Counted from the stretch's first letter, positions 11,289 through 23,052 are shown. The stretch is 39,275 bases of DNA from Octopus bimaculoides (GCF_001194135.2 NC_068983.1:49139371-49178645); one strand, 5' to 3'. Notes: generated by a model from the sequence alone, not told the origin. Program-made: numbers and translations.

Positions 11289-11966
11289 TTACATGATATA
11301 TTGCGTGATGTACTACTCCCGAAAGAACAACAAAATCATTCAGATTTTGACAGCTAGACAGTCTTTCGTCAAATTTCTGCTCAATCATGCAAAATCATTG
11401 TTAAAAAAAATAAAAGAAAAGAAAAACAACAAAGACAAACCACAAATACGAAAAAAAAAATCAATATGTAATTACTGCATACTGATTATACCCAATATAT
11501 GAACACAATACATTCCCGATTATCAGAAAGAAACGGGATCGACAGGTGATCAGATAACAGACTGTAGAGTAGTACGGAAATGTTTGATGCAAACAAAATG
11601 AAAGGAACGGAAATTGAATGCAAGTTTAGTATAAGTTTAAAATCTTGTTCATTGATATTGTCCAGTGACCATTATACAACGAGTTGTACTGTAAGAGATA
11701 ATTTACCAGAAATAGATTCATAACTATTTTTTAAAGAAATATTTTTACGTGCTTAATTGAGCAACACATTTTAAATTACTTATACTTTCTGAAAACAATA
11801 AATATATAAATGAATAAAAGAGAATAAAAACGCATGAGAATAGAATATGATAAAAAAAATTCCACTTGAAAATTTCAGTTATTTCTACTACTTTAATTTA
11901 TAGGTGTATTTTGTTTCTGTATATATCACGTGATCTTTGAATGGGAGACAACTTATGCATCATAAG

Positions 11967-12357
11967 GTTGTTGTTGTTGTTGGCACTCCGTCGCTTACGA
12001 CGCCGAGGTATCCAGTTGATCCGATCAACGGAACAGCCTGCTCGTGAAATTAACGTGCAAGTGACTGAGTACGCCACAGACACGTGCACCCTTATCGTAG
12101 TTCTCGGGGATATTCAGCGTGACACAGTGTGACAAGGCTAACCCTTTGAAATACAGGCACAACAGAAACAGGAAGAAAGAGTGAGAGAAAGTTGTGGTGG
12201 AAGAGTACAGTAGTGTTCGCCACCATCCCCTGCCGGAGCCTCGTGGAGCTTTAGGTGTTTTTGCTCAATAAACACTCACAACGCCCGGTCTGGGAATCGA
12301 AACCGCTATCCTATGACCGCGAGTCTGCTGCCCTAACCACTGGGCCACTGCGCCTCC
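11967..12357 (-). mobile_element. SINE family B, full-length, with (CAA)n tail; possibly octopus OK-type
   Basis: tRNA-like head ggaggcgcagtggcccagtggttagggcagc...gtttcgattccc; highly similar to 28745-29139; ends in a cgtcg-taag-cgacg stem-loop plus caacaac. Family name from memory, unverified. Confidence 0.92.
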
Positions 12358-12360
12358 ACC

Positions 12361-12476
12361 AAAAGGATGAAAGGCAAAGTCGACCTCGGCGGAATTTGAA
12401 CTCACAATGTAAAGACAGATAAAATACCACTAAGCATTTTGCCCAGCGTGCTAACGATTGTGCCAGCTCACCGCCT
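12361..12476 (-). mobile_element. SINE family A, 5' half
   Basis: ggatgaaaggcaaagtcgacctcggcggaatttgaac...tgccagctcaccgcct. Confidence 0.88.
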
Positions 12477-12722
12477 AAAGCGCATCATACGGATACATTA
12501 TGAAATCGGGATAAATGGCATGATTTAGAGTACCTGGGTGAGTAGTACAGTACCTAAAAGAATGATGTCTGTCTAGGTGTTGGAAGACACCTTGTGAAAT
12601 GTTTGACACGACCGTATTTTTGCTTAGTTCTAAACAGGCTGAAATTGATTTTCACTATTGAAACATATATAATACGAAATATCTAAACAATTTACGTGTA
12701 TTTCTTTGTGGGGTTCTTAAAA

Positions 12723-12723
<1 letters not shown>

Positions 12724-12767
<44 letters not shown>
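12724..12767. repeat. (TG)n microsatellite
   Basis: Directly visible. Confidence 0.95.
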
Positions 12768-12768
<1 letters not shown>

Positions 12769-12840
12769 GGTGGCGGATGTCTACATGTACATTAAGTGTA
12801 CGCAGGAAATAACAGCGGCTTTATAAATATATTAGACTAT

Positions 12841-13055
12841 TAGGCGCAGGAGTGGCTGTGTGGTAAGTAACTTGCTTACCATGCACATGGTTCCGGGTTC
12901 ATTCCCACTACGTGGAATCTTGGGCAAGTGTCTTCTACTATAGCCACGGGCCGACCAAAGCCTTGTGAGTGGATNNNNNNNNNNNNNNNNNNNNNNNNNN
13001 NNNNNNNNNNNNNNNNNNNNNNNNNNNNNNNNNNNNNNNNNNNNNNNNNNNNNNN

Positions 13056-13098
<43 letters not shown>

Positions 13099-13285
13099 TT
13101 GGGTGTCTGTGTTTGTCCCCCAACATCGCTTGACAACCGATGGTAGTGTGTTTACTTCCCCGCAACTTAGTGGTCCGGTAAAAGAGACCCATAGAATAAG
13201 TCCTGGGGTCAATTTGCTCGACTAAAGGCAGTGCTCCAGCATGGCCGCAGTCATATGACTAAAACAAGTGAAAGAGTAAAAGAGA
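12841..13285 (+). mobile_element. SINE family C, full-length (N gap inside its internal microsatellite)
   Basis: taggcgcaggagtggctgtgtggtaag head, ggttccgggttcattccc B-box, ccttgggcaagtgtctt CORE-like start, tail gctccagcatggccgcagtc...aaacaagtgaaagagtaaaaga. Confidence 0.92.
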
Positions 13286-13374
13286 GTACCCGTGACCTGT
13301 TGGGTGACCGGGAAAGTTTGAGTTTCTTATCAACGGAGTTTTGTTTCGAGTTTATTTTCTTTTTCTCTTTTCAG

Positions 13375-13490
13375 GTTATTTCGCATGCTTTCAACGAATG
13401 TGACATCGAAGTCATGCGCAAACATCTCTTTTCCCTAGAAAAGGAAAGATATGGCTGCTATTTCTTGCACGCGCTGATACTACGTAACAG
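13375..13490 (+). other. Candidate exon (116 nt), function unknown
   Basis: Strong acceptor ttattttctttttctcttttcAG before 13375 and possible donor AG|GTATTT at 13491. Only phase 0 is open (VISHAFNECDIEVMRKHLFSLEKERYGCYFLHALILRN); no homolog recognised. Confidence 0.3.
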
Positions 13491-13563
13491 GTATTTCGGG
13501 TCCTTTATCGCAAATAGTTGTTACGTTGTATCAGGACATGCTAAAAATAGCAGCCAAATCTTT
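13445..13563. repeat. Long imperfect hairpin / inverted repeat
   Basis: 13447-13489 versus the reverse complement of 13519-13561: 36/43 identical. Pairing extends inward (tatttcg/cgcaaata) to a loop of about 10 nt and 2 nt outward. Confidence 0.9.
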
Positions 13564-14719
13564 GGATGCGTTGAATGCACTCGAAAGGAACAAGTAGAAT
13601 AAAAAATTTCACACCGAGGTTACGAACGGGTCTTTTACGAAATATTTACCGCATTTTAAAGTCATTTTGACTTTAAAATATTTTTTAATATGCAAAAACA
13701 TGTTTGTAATGGTATTCATTTGAAAATAATTTTAAATGACATTAAAAAATTGTATTTTAAAGAAAGCTAAAATATAAATACTTATTGTACAAACAACTTA
13801 CATTTTTGAAATCACATTCACTTAAAAATATTTCAAATTATTAAAATATTGTGTTTAAGAAAAGTGAAAATAGAAACATTTATTTACTGTAAAAAAAACC
13901 AAATTGTATGTTTTTCGTTGTCAACTCACTGTGTCTAATCGAAAGGTAAGAGTTATTTCGCTTACAGGATTAAGTTAATTTCCGAAACTTTTCCCATTAT
14001 GCACCGTTTTGGGTATTTATACCTCGAAAATCCCTGATTTCTCCACAACCACTTATCCGATTTACGCGAAATTTGTTTTATTCCGTTCGTATTTACATTT
14101 TAGGGATATTTAATTCATAGTATTTTCCTATTATGCACCAGTTTGGCTAGGTAACATTGCAAGCAAGCAAGAGTGAAGTTGACTTTTAATGTATTATAGA
14201 TATGTTAACCTATTATGCGTCGGTATATCGGATAAAGATATCTTGCAGCGATCGTTTATTGAGTTTTGAAGCACCTAATTTCAAATTGTCTCAATCTACC
14301 CAGCGGTCAAAAAGTACCAGCCGGTTTTTGTTGCAGCCGTTTATTCCACTAGCTGACATATCCTGGGTGTTAAACTGTGACAGTATCAAAGTAGACAGGA
14401 GAGGGTATATATGTCTGATCACAGGTATGCAGGCACCTAAAATATCTAGCGAAAACATTGTGTATCTTACGAAGCCATTCTTGTTCACGACTAACAACCA
14501 GCTGTATTAAACTTGTATATCATACCGAACTTGGAACGAATCGTATACAGGTTTACATAATTATGCCAACCTTTTTTCACCAAACAGTAACTAACGACCA
14601 TAGATGGTAAGGTTCACTGCCATCTTACTTAATGCTCAATGACTGAATCGCTATAACGCTGCCCATAGCTTCAGCTTTCGATTTAGTTTTAACGGTTTTA
14701 TGGGTTTCTAAAGCTTCAA

Positions 14720-14970
14720 TGGAATCGTGTAGTTTAGTGGTTAGGGATGCTGAACTCATGATTGTAATATTATGGGTTCAATCTCTGAACCGGGTGACGG
14801 ATGTGTTCTTGAGCAAAACACTTCGTATCACAATGCTTCAGTTCACTCCTCTAGCAAATATGAGTAATCCTGCGACGGACCGGTGTCCCGTCCAGTGGGG
14901 AAACATATATGTCACACAAACCGGGAAAACGACTCTATATGACCATATGACTCAAGAAGGACCTTTATCC
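14720..14970 (+). mobile_element. tRNA-derived SINE with CORE-like body and V-domain-like 3' part; possibly octopus OR2-type
   Basis: tagtttagtggttaggg A-box, gggttcaatctc B-box, gtgttcttgagcaaaacactt body, then cctgcgacggaccggtgtcccgtccagtgggg, resembling the V-SINE core (CCTGCGATGGACTGGCxxCCxGTCCAGGG). Name unverified. Confidence 0.7.
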
Positions 14971-15055
14971 TATTATATTTATATTTTGAAGCTCCAACTT
15001 GTGATACAGTCTATTTAAACATTTGGGCTTCAGTATATTACATATGTAAGCATAA

Positions 15056-15264
15056 TTTTGGCACAACGCCAGCAATTTTGAAAGATGGAGGCAGGTCAAT
15101 TAGATCGACCCCAGTACTCAACTGGTACGTATTTATCGACTTCGAAAAGATGAAAGGCTGTGTCAACCTCGGTGGTTACTCAGGGATTGGCTACGTAGAG
15201 AGCTGGAAGAAATATGACTAAGCATTTTATACCGCGCTGTAACGATTCTGCCAGTTCGCCGCCT
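15056..15264 (-). mobile_element. SINE family A, diverged
   Basis: gatcgaccccagtactcaactggtac...aacgattctgccagttcgccgcct. Confidence 0.85.
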
Positions 15265-15321
15265 TTACATATGTGAATAGAATGTTGTGTCAGGTCGGGC
15301 TCATTATCTGCAAACAAAAAG

Positions 15322-15500
15322 TCAGCGAGTTGGCAGAACCGTTAGAGCATCGCACAAAATGTTTTGTGTCCTATGTTCAGTTCCTTCTGGGGTCATTTTT
15401 GTCTTTAATTTCTCTGGACTTGATGCTGTTACCCCCAACTTACATACTAGGGTCGATCGTATGGACTAACTCATTTCCGTCAAAATTGCTGGCCTGCAAC
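15322..15500 (+). mobile_element. SINE family A, highly diverged
   Basis: gcgagttggcagaaccgttagagc head; ctagggtcgatcgtatggac...aaaattgctggcct tail. Confidence 0.7.
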
Positions 15501-17084
15501 CATTAGCTACTGGAAATAATATGTCATTCTCGAATCTCAGAGTGACAAAAAATAAAGTAGAAAAGTAGAAAGCCTAAATATTGTGCCCGGAGATTTTTAC
15601 AGTATTCCTTATATTTTTATCTCGTTTATTGAACATTGCTCGTTGCAGTTTTCCAACGGGTTAAGTGAAAACGACCAAAGTTTTATTATCTGTGAGAATC
15701 GAATAGAAGAAAAGAAAAAATATATTTCGTTGAAATCTACTCGTTTATCGATTTTCTCGCTGATGTATCGTTAATCTCGGACGTACATTACAGAAAGATG
15801 CTCACTCACACATGATCACACGCATCCACATTCACACAGTTATGCTTAACTTCATGGTGAAAGTGAACATTCATAGTCTTTCATTCTCATTAAATATTGG
15901 TGCAAGCAATGATTGTGGATATGAATTAAGTGCTCTCTACGTTAAATTCATTGCAAACAGACTCGAAGAAAATGATAAAATGTTAATAATAATATGTCGT
16001 GATTTTGTGTAACATCAGTAGGACAACTAAAACTTGTGGCTAGATGGTGACGATGTTGAATGCCATTTAAAAAATAAACCTTAAGCAAACGTTTAAGTTT
16101 TCTGTTTTTTTTAAATTTATTTTCGAGGGAAATAAAGATGAATCACTGGCCTCTATGAGTTATATATCTGAGCTCAATTTTGTTTAATTAATGCTAAATA
16201 CTTAGGTCATACATATTTTCTACTCTTTTTCTTTTCTGTAAGTCTAAGATGTTTATAATGTCGGAAAACTGTCGACCTGTCGAATCGGAGACACGCATCA
16301 ACGGCTGTCGTCTGATACCCTGACAATAGTGATGACCTTTTCGTTAATGACATCACAGTTCTGGAGAATGACTGCATTTCGATTTTATCTCCTCTTATAA
16401 TGTAGAGGTGGGCTTAAAAGTCATTTGATAATCTTGATACCTCACCTAGAGGCGCAGGTAATTTCAAGAAATCGATAATTTTCGTTGGTATTTGACATAC
16501 CTGTATTCATCTATGTTACTCAAATACTCATCTCGCAAAGTCATTTCATTTCGGTTCAATTTTGTTTTAAATATAAGTCAGAACTGTGGATTCCCTTCTC
16601 GTCGAAGTAGTGGCTGCAGAATTTGCACTCATTGCTATTAACTAAGTAAATACATGGATCAATTTTGCTATCAACCTGGCATTCACAACGAGAAACACTG
16701 ACACTTCACTTGACATTTAAGATTGTTTTCCATTCATATTAACTGCTGCTCTTTCAATTAATCACCCGGTATTCAAAACACACTGCTGGTCATGAGCGTC
16801 TCTTAATAATCAATTGTTACAAGTTATTTTCCCTGATGAGATCATCTGATTAAAGAAAACGTAAAAATTTTTTTTAAAGCCAACGTGTCTACAAAGCAGG
16901 CTAATTTGTTAGTCCTTAAATGTCTTGATGGTGTACTGTTATTTAATGTAATTCTTATCCGGTTATATCAGTAATAACTCTACAAATAAAAAAAATATCG
17001 GTTTCCATGAAATCCCTGCTGTTCTTCGCATTTGGCTCAAGGTGGAAAATGCCTTATAAGATGTATATAAACATTTCTGGAAAT

Positions 17085-17250
17085 TGCCCAAACCCTGAAT
17101 TTTTTGGGGAGGGGTATAGTCAATTTCATTGACCTTTGTACTCAAATGACATTTATTTTACCCCACTCCCCGCCAAATAATGGATTTGAACTTAGAACGT
17201 AAACACAGACAAAATGCCTGGCATGCTAAAAACCCTGCTAGCTTATCGCT
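17085..17250 (-). mobile_element. SINE family A, decayed and internally deleted
   Basis: ggatttgaacttagaacgtaaacacagac...gcatgctaaaaaccctgctagc. Confidence 0.6.
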
Positions 17251-17266
17251 TTATGATACTACCCTG

Positions 17267-17271
17267 CTACG

Positions 17272-17344
<73 letters not shown>

Positions 17345-17778
17345 NNNNNNNNNNNNNNNNNNNNNNNNNNNNNNNNNNNNNNNNNNNNNNNNNNNNNNNN
17401 NNNNNNNNNNNNNNNNNNNNNNNNNNNNNNNNNNNNNNNNNNNNNNNNNNNNNNNNNNNNNNNNNNNNNNNNNNNNNNNNNNNNNNNNNNNNNNNNNNNN
17501 NNNNNNNNNNNNNNNNNNNNNNNNNNNNNNNNNNNNNNNNNNNNNNNNNNNNNNNNNNNNNNNNNNNNNNNNNNNNNNNNNNNNNNNNNNNNNNNNNNNN
17601 NNNNNNNNNNNNNNNNNNNNNNNNNNNNNNNNNNNNNNNNNNNNNNNNNNNNNNNNNNNNNNNNNNNNNNNNNNNNNNNNNNNNNNNNNNNNNNNNNNNN
17701 NNNNNNNNNNNNNNNNNNNNNNNNNNNNNNNNNNNNNNNNNNNNNNNNNNNNNNNNNNNNNNNNNNNNNNNNNNNNNN
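17267..17778. repeat. (TAC)n(TAA)n microsatellite running into an N gap (17345-17778)
   Basis: Directly visible. Confidence 0.97.
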
Positions 17779-17854
17779 TTTACATTTTCTTTCACGCGTG
17801 TTTATTTCGTTAACATCTGCCTGAACTGTATGAAAGGTTTATTAGCTACTGCCC

Positions 17855-17878
17855 AACCCTAACCCTAACCCTAACCCT
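17855..17878 (-). repeat. Interstitial telomere-like tract, (TTAGGG)4-equivalent
   Basis: (AACCCT)4 on the plus strand. Confidence 0.9.
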
Positions 17879-18146
17879 ACTGCCAATATGCTTCAGCCAT
17901 CGTTTGTTTACATAGTCAGCACTTAATAATATCCGGCTGAATGGACGTCAGTCATTGGTTGAAATTGCAGAAATACGACAACTTTAACATGAAATAACTT
18001 GCGATGTAGGTTTTTTTGTTAAGAAGACTAAGAGAAAAAGATGTTTTATATGACACATTCTACCAGTGTCCCAAGTTTCAAAGTGTTTCGTTAAGAAAAT
18101 ACTGGTGCCCCCGTTTTCAACAAGATCCATAATCCTTTCTACTGGA

Positions 18147-18329
18147 TGCACAAGGCTTCAAATTTGGGGAAGGGATTAAGTCAACTGAGCGTACCGAGGG
18201 CGTAACTGGTACTTAATGTAGCTACCCCGAAAGGACGAAAGGCAAAGTCTACCTCGGTGGAATTTGAACTCAGAACATAGCGCCATACGATTTACTGCTA
18301 AGCATTTCGCCTGTGCCAGCTCGCCTCCT
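18147..18329 (-). mobile_element. SINE family A
   Basis: ccccgaaaggacgaaaggcaaagtctacctcggtggaatttgaactcagaac...tgccagctcgcctcctt. Confidence 0.88.
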
Positions 18330-18427
<98 letters not shown>

Positions 18428-18625
18428 TAATAATAATGATATAATAATAATAATTGGAAGAAGAAGAAGAAGAAGAAGAAGAAGAAGAAGAAGAAGAAGA
18501 AGAAGAAGAAGAAGAAGAAGAAGAAGAAGAAGAAGAAGAAGAAGAAGAAGAAGAAGAAGAAAAAGAAGAAGAAGAAGAAGAACAAGAACAAGAACAAGAA
18601 GAAGAACAAGAAGAAGAAGAAGAAG
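18330..18625. repeat. Compound (TAG)n(TAA)n(GAA)n microsatellite
   Basis: Directly visible; source of the poly-E/S/F/L track ORFs. Confidence 0.98.
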
Positions 18626-18779
18626 TATATATCAAAAATGATAATGGTATGATTATGATAATGATAATCGTAATGTGTCGGCTGCAGATCAATTCATTTC
18701 AGATTGTGTACAATTATCTTATGTCAGCAAATAACTGCATTTCTGCTGTCACAAATCCATTATTATTATTATTATTATT

Positions 18780-19087
18780 CAGTAGTTTTATTTTTATAAC
18801 GTACTTTCACTTCACTACCGAGCGCAGATCTGTGCGCCTTGGGTATGTGCTGTGGTTTGCTGTGGTGCTCTTATGTTTACTGTATTGAAAGTGTTTTGCG
18901 TAGAATGTGTGCAGTACCCAGTAGTGCAATTTTCTGTATGTTATATATATTTGTAAGTCCTGGTGTTTTTGTTATGTATTTGTCTGAATATTTTTTTATT
19001 ATACCTAAGGCACCTACTATGATAGGAATTGTTTCTGTTTTTAGATTCCACATTCGAGTTATCTCTATTTCCAGGTCTTTGTATTTT

Positions 19088-19088
<1 letters not shown>
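18780..19088 (-). mobile_element. R4/Dong-like non-LTR retrotransposon, 5'-truncated 3' end (restriction-like endonuclease tail and 97-nt 3' UTR)
   Basis: KYKDLEIEITRMWNLKTETIPIIVGALGIIKK...NIQKIALLGTAHILRKTLSIQ* matches the R4-clade RLE C-terminus (KYxDL...VPxVxGALG...QKxALLGTAxILR). Both ends are fused directly to (TAA)n arrays. Confidence 0.85.
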
Positions 19089-19127
<39 letters not shown>

Positions 19128-19230
19128 CATTATTAATATTATCATTATTATTATTATTATTATTATTATTCACTATCATCGTCACCACCACCACCACCAC
19201 CACCACCAAAACCACCACCACCACCACCAG
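19089..19230. repeat. (TTA)n and (CAC)n microsatellites
   Basis: Directly visible. Confidence 0.95.
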
Positions 19231-19589
19231 CGGTATCATCGATTTCTTTTCCTCCTCTCTTTATTACAATTTTACATGATTTCATACCCGCGTGATACCC
19301 TGTTAATATATTACCTCTCATGCCGGCCATGCAATATCAAAGCTGAACGTTGCAAAATTTGCCTTTCGTCATTGTGTGTTTTCTGCTTTCAATCACTACA
19401 CACAAACAGCGCAGCTTTCACCGTATCTTCACTCCTCCTTATGTTCTTCTCTCCGTCTCTCTCTCCGTTGCTTTCTTTTTCGCATGCGCATGCTTACAAG
19501 TAAAATAAGTACACATCTGAAAATATGTACAAATGGACGCATACAATCACACATATACACTTACGGGTTTTCTCTAGGATTAGGTATAT

Positions 19590-19838
19590 TTCATCGCTTT
19601 CTTCTTTCTCTCTCCTCCTTCTTTCCTTTTCTCTCTCACTCATTCTCTCTCTCTCTCCCCCTCTCTCTCTCTCTCTCTTCCTGTCACTAATCCTGCACCT
19701 CCACCTCTCTCTTTCTTTTTGTCTTACTATTTCTGTGTTTCTCTCGTCGACTAGTTTTTTTGTGCTATGCAGCAATATATTTCTCATCAGGAAGCTGTTT
19801 CACTCACAAAATACATTCCTAAGATAATCATTCTTCTT

Positions 19839-19886
<48 letters not shown>

Positions 19887-19965
19887 GTAGTAGTAGTAGT
19901 AGCAGTATTAACAGCAACAACAGTAATGATAACAATAATAATAATATCAAGAACAACAACAACAC

Positions 19966-20043
<78 letters not shown>
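19590..20043. repeat. (CT)-rich tract followed by compound (TAC)n(TAG)n(CAA)n(TAA)n
   Basis: Directly visible. Confidence 0.92.
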
Positions 20044-20044
<1 letters not shown>

Positions 20045-20327
20045 TTGAGTGAGAGAGCAGTGCATGCCATCAAAGTAACACTGAGTTAAAATATACGAAG
20101 CCCATTATACCCATCATGACTACCCGTCTGATAAGGGTACACCAGGCACATGCATCACAACCATATGTGCCCGACATGGTGATCTCATATCAAGATAAAC
20201 AGCGCATGACCTTTCAGGTGGAGCCCAGTTCGAATTTTCTGCAGGTCGAGTAGCTTATCCCGCTCCAAAGTTGTCTGAATAAGGGTTGTTTAAGGATGAC
20301 GAACGAAACAACAAAGTTTCCAGTGGC
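20045..20327 (-). mobile_element. Unclassified interspersed repeat, 3' fragment ending in an (ATT)n tail
   Basis: GC-richer island between trinucleotide arrays; minus strand ends gcactgctctctcactcaat(att)n. Single copy here, so the repeat call rests on context and recollection. Confidence 0.4.
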
Positions 20328-20354
20328 ATTATTATTATTATTATTATTATTATG

Positions 20355-20482
20355 TTACGTTATGAGTTCAAATTCTGCTGAAGTTGACTTTGCTTTCATC
20401 CTTTGGGGTTCGATGAAATAAGTACCAGTTATGTACTGGGGTCGATGTAATCGACTTATCTCCTACCCCAGAATTTCAGGCA
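20355..20482 (+). mobile_element. SINE family A, 5'-truncated
   Basis: gttacgttatgagttcaaattctgctgaagttgactttgc...ctggggtcgatgtaatcgactta. Confidence 0.85.
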
Positions 20483-20814
20483 TATGTGGATCAACACTCT
20501 TCAAAAATAACTTCATTAGGAAAATCCTACGTAAATCATCATCAGTTCAATAGCACAACGCAAATATAAACATCTACAAACACAAAGCACACTCTATACA
20601 ATAAATATCTAATAAAACAAACCTCAACAAAATGCATTCTACAGGATGGATACACAACAAAATTACACACCTCGCATTACACACACCACACATCGTACAA
20701 CAAAAGACTCTAACCGAACCCCCATAAGTAAACAAACTGATAATTTACAGGAACGAGAAGAAACTGAACTCCTTCAATGCAAATCCAAACGAAATCACAC
20801 AATGCTGTACACAC

Positions 20815-21158
20815 TCAGGCACACGGACGTATTCCAGGGGATACAGTGGTAATTTGTCTCCTCTCCTACTGAAGGACACCAAACGATGGACCTGCATCGA
20901 CGTAGCTGTAACTGCAGACCAAAATACTGTAAAGATAGAAGACGAGAAATTCGAGAAGTATCAAGACTTAGGAGTGGGAGAATACACAGAGCCTTAGAAA
21001 TGAGTGTGGTCCCTATTGTGATCGATGCACTTGGGACCATCTCAAAAATAGTAATATTCTTGCTACAAAAATCGCGAATACGAAACTTCTTAGGAAGTAT
21101 TCAGATGGCAGCGATACTTGGGACAGCTAGTGTATTGGGAGAAGTGTTTGCTCTCTAA
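20815..21158 (+). mobile_element. Second, older R4-clade/RLE retrotransposon relic
   Basis: One frame reads KRWTCIDVAVTADQNTVKIEDEKFEKYQDL; after a frameshift it reads VVPIVIDALGTISK...IQMAAILGTASVLGEVFAL*. This is the PD..D..K-type RLE region. Confidence 0.8.
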
Positions 21159-21351
21159 ACTGCGGGATGGAGCTGTGACGTTGGAAAAATATTAAAAGGT
21201 GACATCTTATGAGGCTCTAAAATAGTTACATATGATAAAATCCCACCCAACGAACATACGCAGCAGCAACAACAACAACTAATATAACAGCAACACCACA
21301 CTTACCACTTCTACCACCGACACTCTACCACGACAAAAACTAATTCTATCT

Positions 21352-21541
21352 AATTTTGGCACAAGGCTTGTTATTTTGAGAATGAGATAAGTCGGTTACA
21401 TCGACTGCAGTAATAAGCTTGTATTTACGTTATTGACTCCAAAACGACAAAGTCTTCATCAGCGGAATTTGTACTCAGAGCGTTAAGACAAGAAGAAATG
21501 CTGATAAATATTTTTTTGTTGCATGTGCGAACAAGTCCGCC
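21352..21541 (-). mobile_element. SINE family A, highly decayed
   Basis: ttttggcacaaggc...agtcggttacatcgac...gcggaatttgtactcagagcgt. Confidence 0.6.
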
Positions 21542-22389
21542 CTAAAAACATTAATAACAGCCATAATAATGTCGGTGATTACATTGACGATGATTATTAT
21601 GACTAATAATATAACATTAATATTTTTTTAACTGCCACAATTTTCTATCTATATTGTATTTAGAATAACATATAATCTTCTTTGCCTTGTTATTTTCTGT
21701 TTTGTTATGTTTCCTTCTGTTACCTACATTAAACACAAACCAATTCATAAAAAGTCCAACAGGTCCAGATAATATATAACAAAATTAGGAGAAACAACAG
21801 AAAAAAAGATAACACAATTGTTACATACGCTATAGATAACGTTAGCAAAAAGAGCATAGGTTTTTTTGAAATATCTTTCTCGTTTCTTATTATGTAAATT
21901 TATTATATGTATCTATATTTCTTTTGTATCATTTTCCAGGCAATGTTTCTCAAGATTGTGTGAATTCTTTTATTTCTTTAACTTCTATGATGTAAAGGAA
22001 ACAAGCACATAATCGATTTATATAGATTAATATATATATGTATATATCATGTCCACTACTAAGGACTATACATACAATAAGAAACGTGTCTTACAAAGAG
22101 TTAAAAATTATGGCTACGTACAAAACATGAGTAGTTGCACACACATGTATGTATATATTTACATATAGATCAATAGCGTTTTCTGAATGAATTCAGGGGG
22201 CGCAGTGTGTATACAAGTAACAGAAATGCAAATAACAATATCAAATTCAATATTATAAAACTTTACGTTCTAGTGAAATAAGTTTGGAGAGAGAGAGACT
22301 CATAGCTACATATTTGTAAAATCTCCTATAACAAAGAGATGACTTCATTTTGAAATTGTGCGTGAAAGCTTAAGTAGTTTGAGTTGCCT

Positions 22390-22590
22390 TGATATATATG
22401 TATATATATGTATATATATATATNNNNNNNNNNNNNNNNNNNNNNNNNNNNNNNNNNNNNNNNNNNNNNNNNNNNNNNNNNNNNNNNNNNNNNNNNNNNN
22501 NNNNNNNNNNNNNNNNNNNNNNNNNNNNNNNNNNNNNNNNNNNNNNNNNNNNNNNNNNNNTATTTATGTATGTATTTATGTATATGTAAA
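22390..22590. other. N gap (22424-22560) flanked by (TA)/(TATG) repeats
   Basis: Directly visible. Confidence 0.97.
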
Positions 22591-22787
22591 TTTGCACGAA
22601 GCGTAAGGATGCTTAAAAAGCATTCACCTGCTAGAAATAAGAGCTAAAGTCTTAGATTAGTTCACCGTACAGCATCAAGATAACGGAGAAAAACAGTATG
22701 CGAGGAAAACAGAAAGTATTAATACATTTAACAGCGCAACATAAAACATTATTTGAAATCTTAGTGGTTGAATGTTTTGCTTATAAT

Positions 22788-22992
22788 TTTTCTACTCAAG
22801 GCAAGGAGGCCCGAAATTTTGGAGGAGGAGCCCAGTCGATTTCATCGACCCCAGTATGCAACTGGTGATTAATTTATCGACCCCGAAAGGATGAAATACA
22901 AAGTTTACCTGGGTGGAATTTGAAATCAGAACGTAAAGACAGACGAAATACCACTCGCTCGACATGCCAACGATTCTACCAGCTCGCTGCCC
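22788..22992 (-). mobile_element. SINE family A
   Basis: ccagtcgatttcatcgaccccagtatgcaactgg...aacgattctaccagctcgctgcc. Confidence 0.88.
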
Positions 22993-23052
22993 TTCATTCA
23001 GAGACAATATTACGGTCTCTTCTACATGGCATGGAAATCGATTAAGAGGCCA

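Noticed and set aside
12270-12357. tRNA-like A/B boxes (also at 12841, 14720, 28745)
   Set aside because: These are SINE heads followed by family bodies and tails; no complete cloverleaf with a Pol III terminator.
16255-16640. GC-richer stretch with short open frames, including a CKFC motif
   Set aside because: Does not fit C2H2 spacing; frames close quickly and the splice signals on the two strands conflict.
20483-20810. A/C-skewed segment possibly from a Penelope GIY-YIG domain
   Set aside because: Only vague motif echoes (GYTT...THH); too decayed to support a call.
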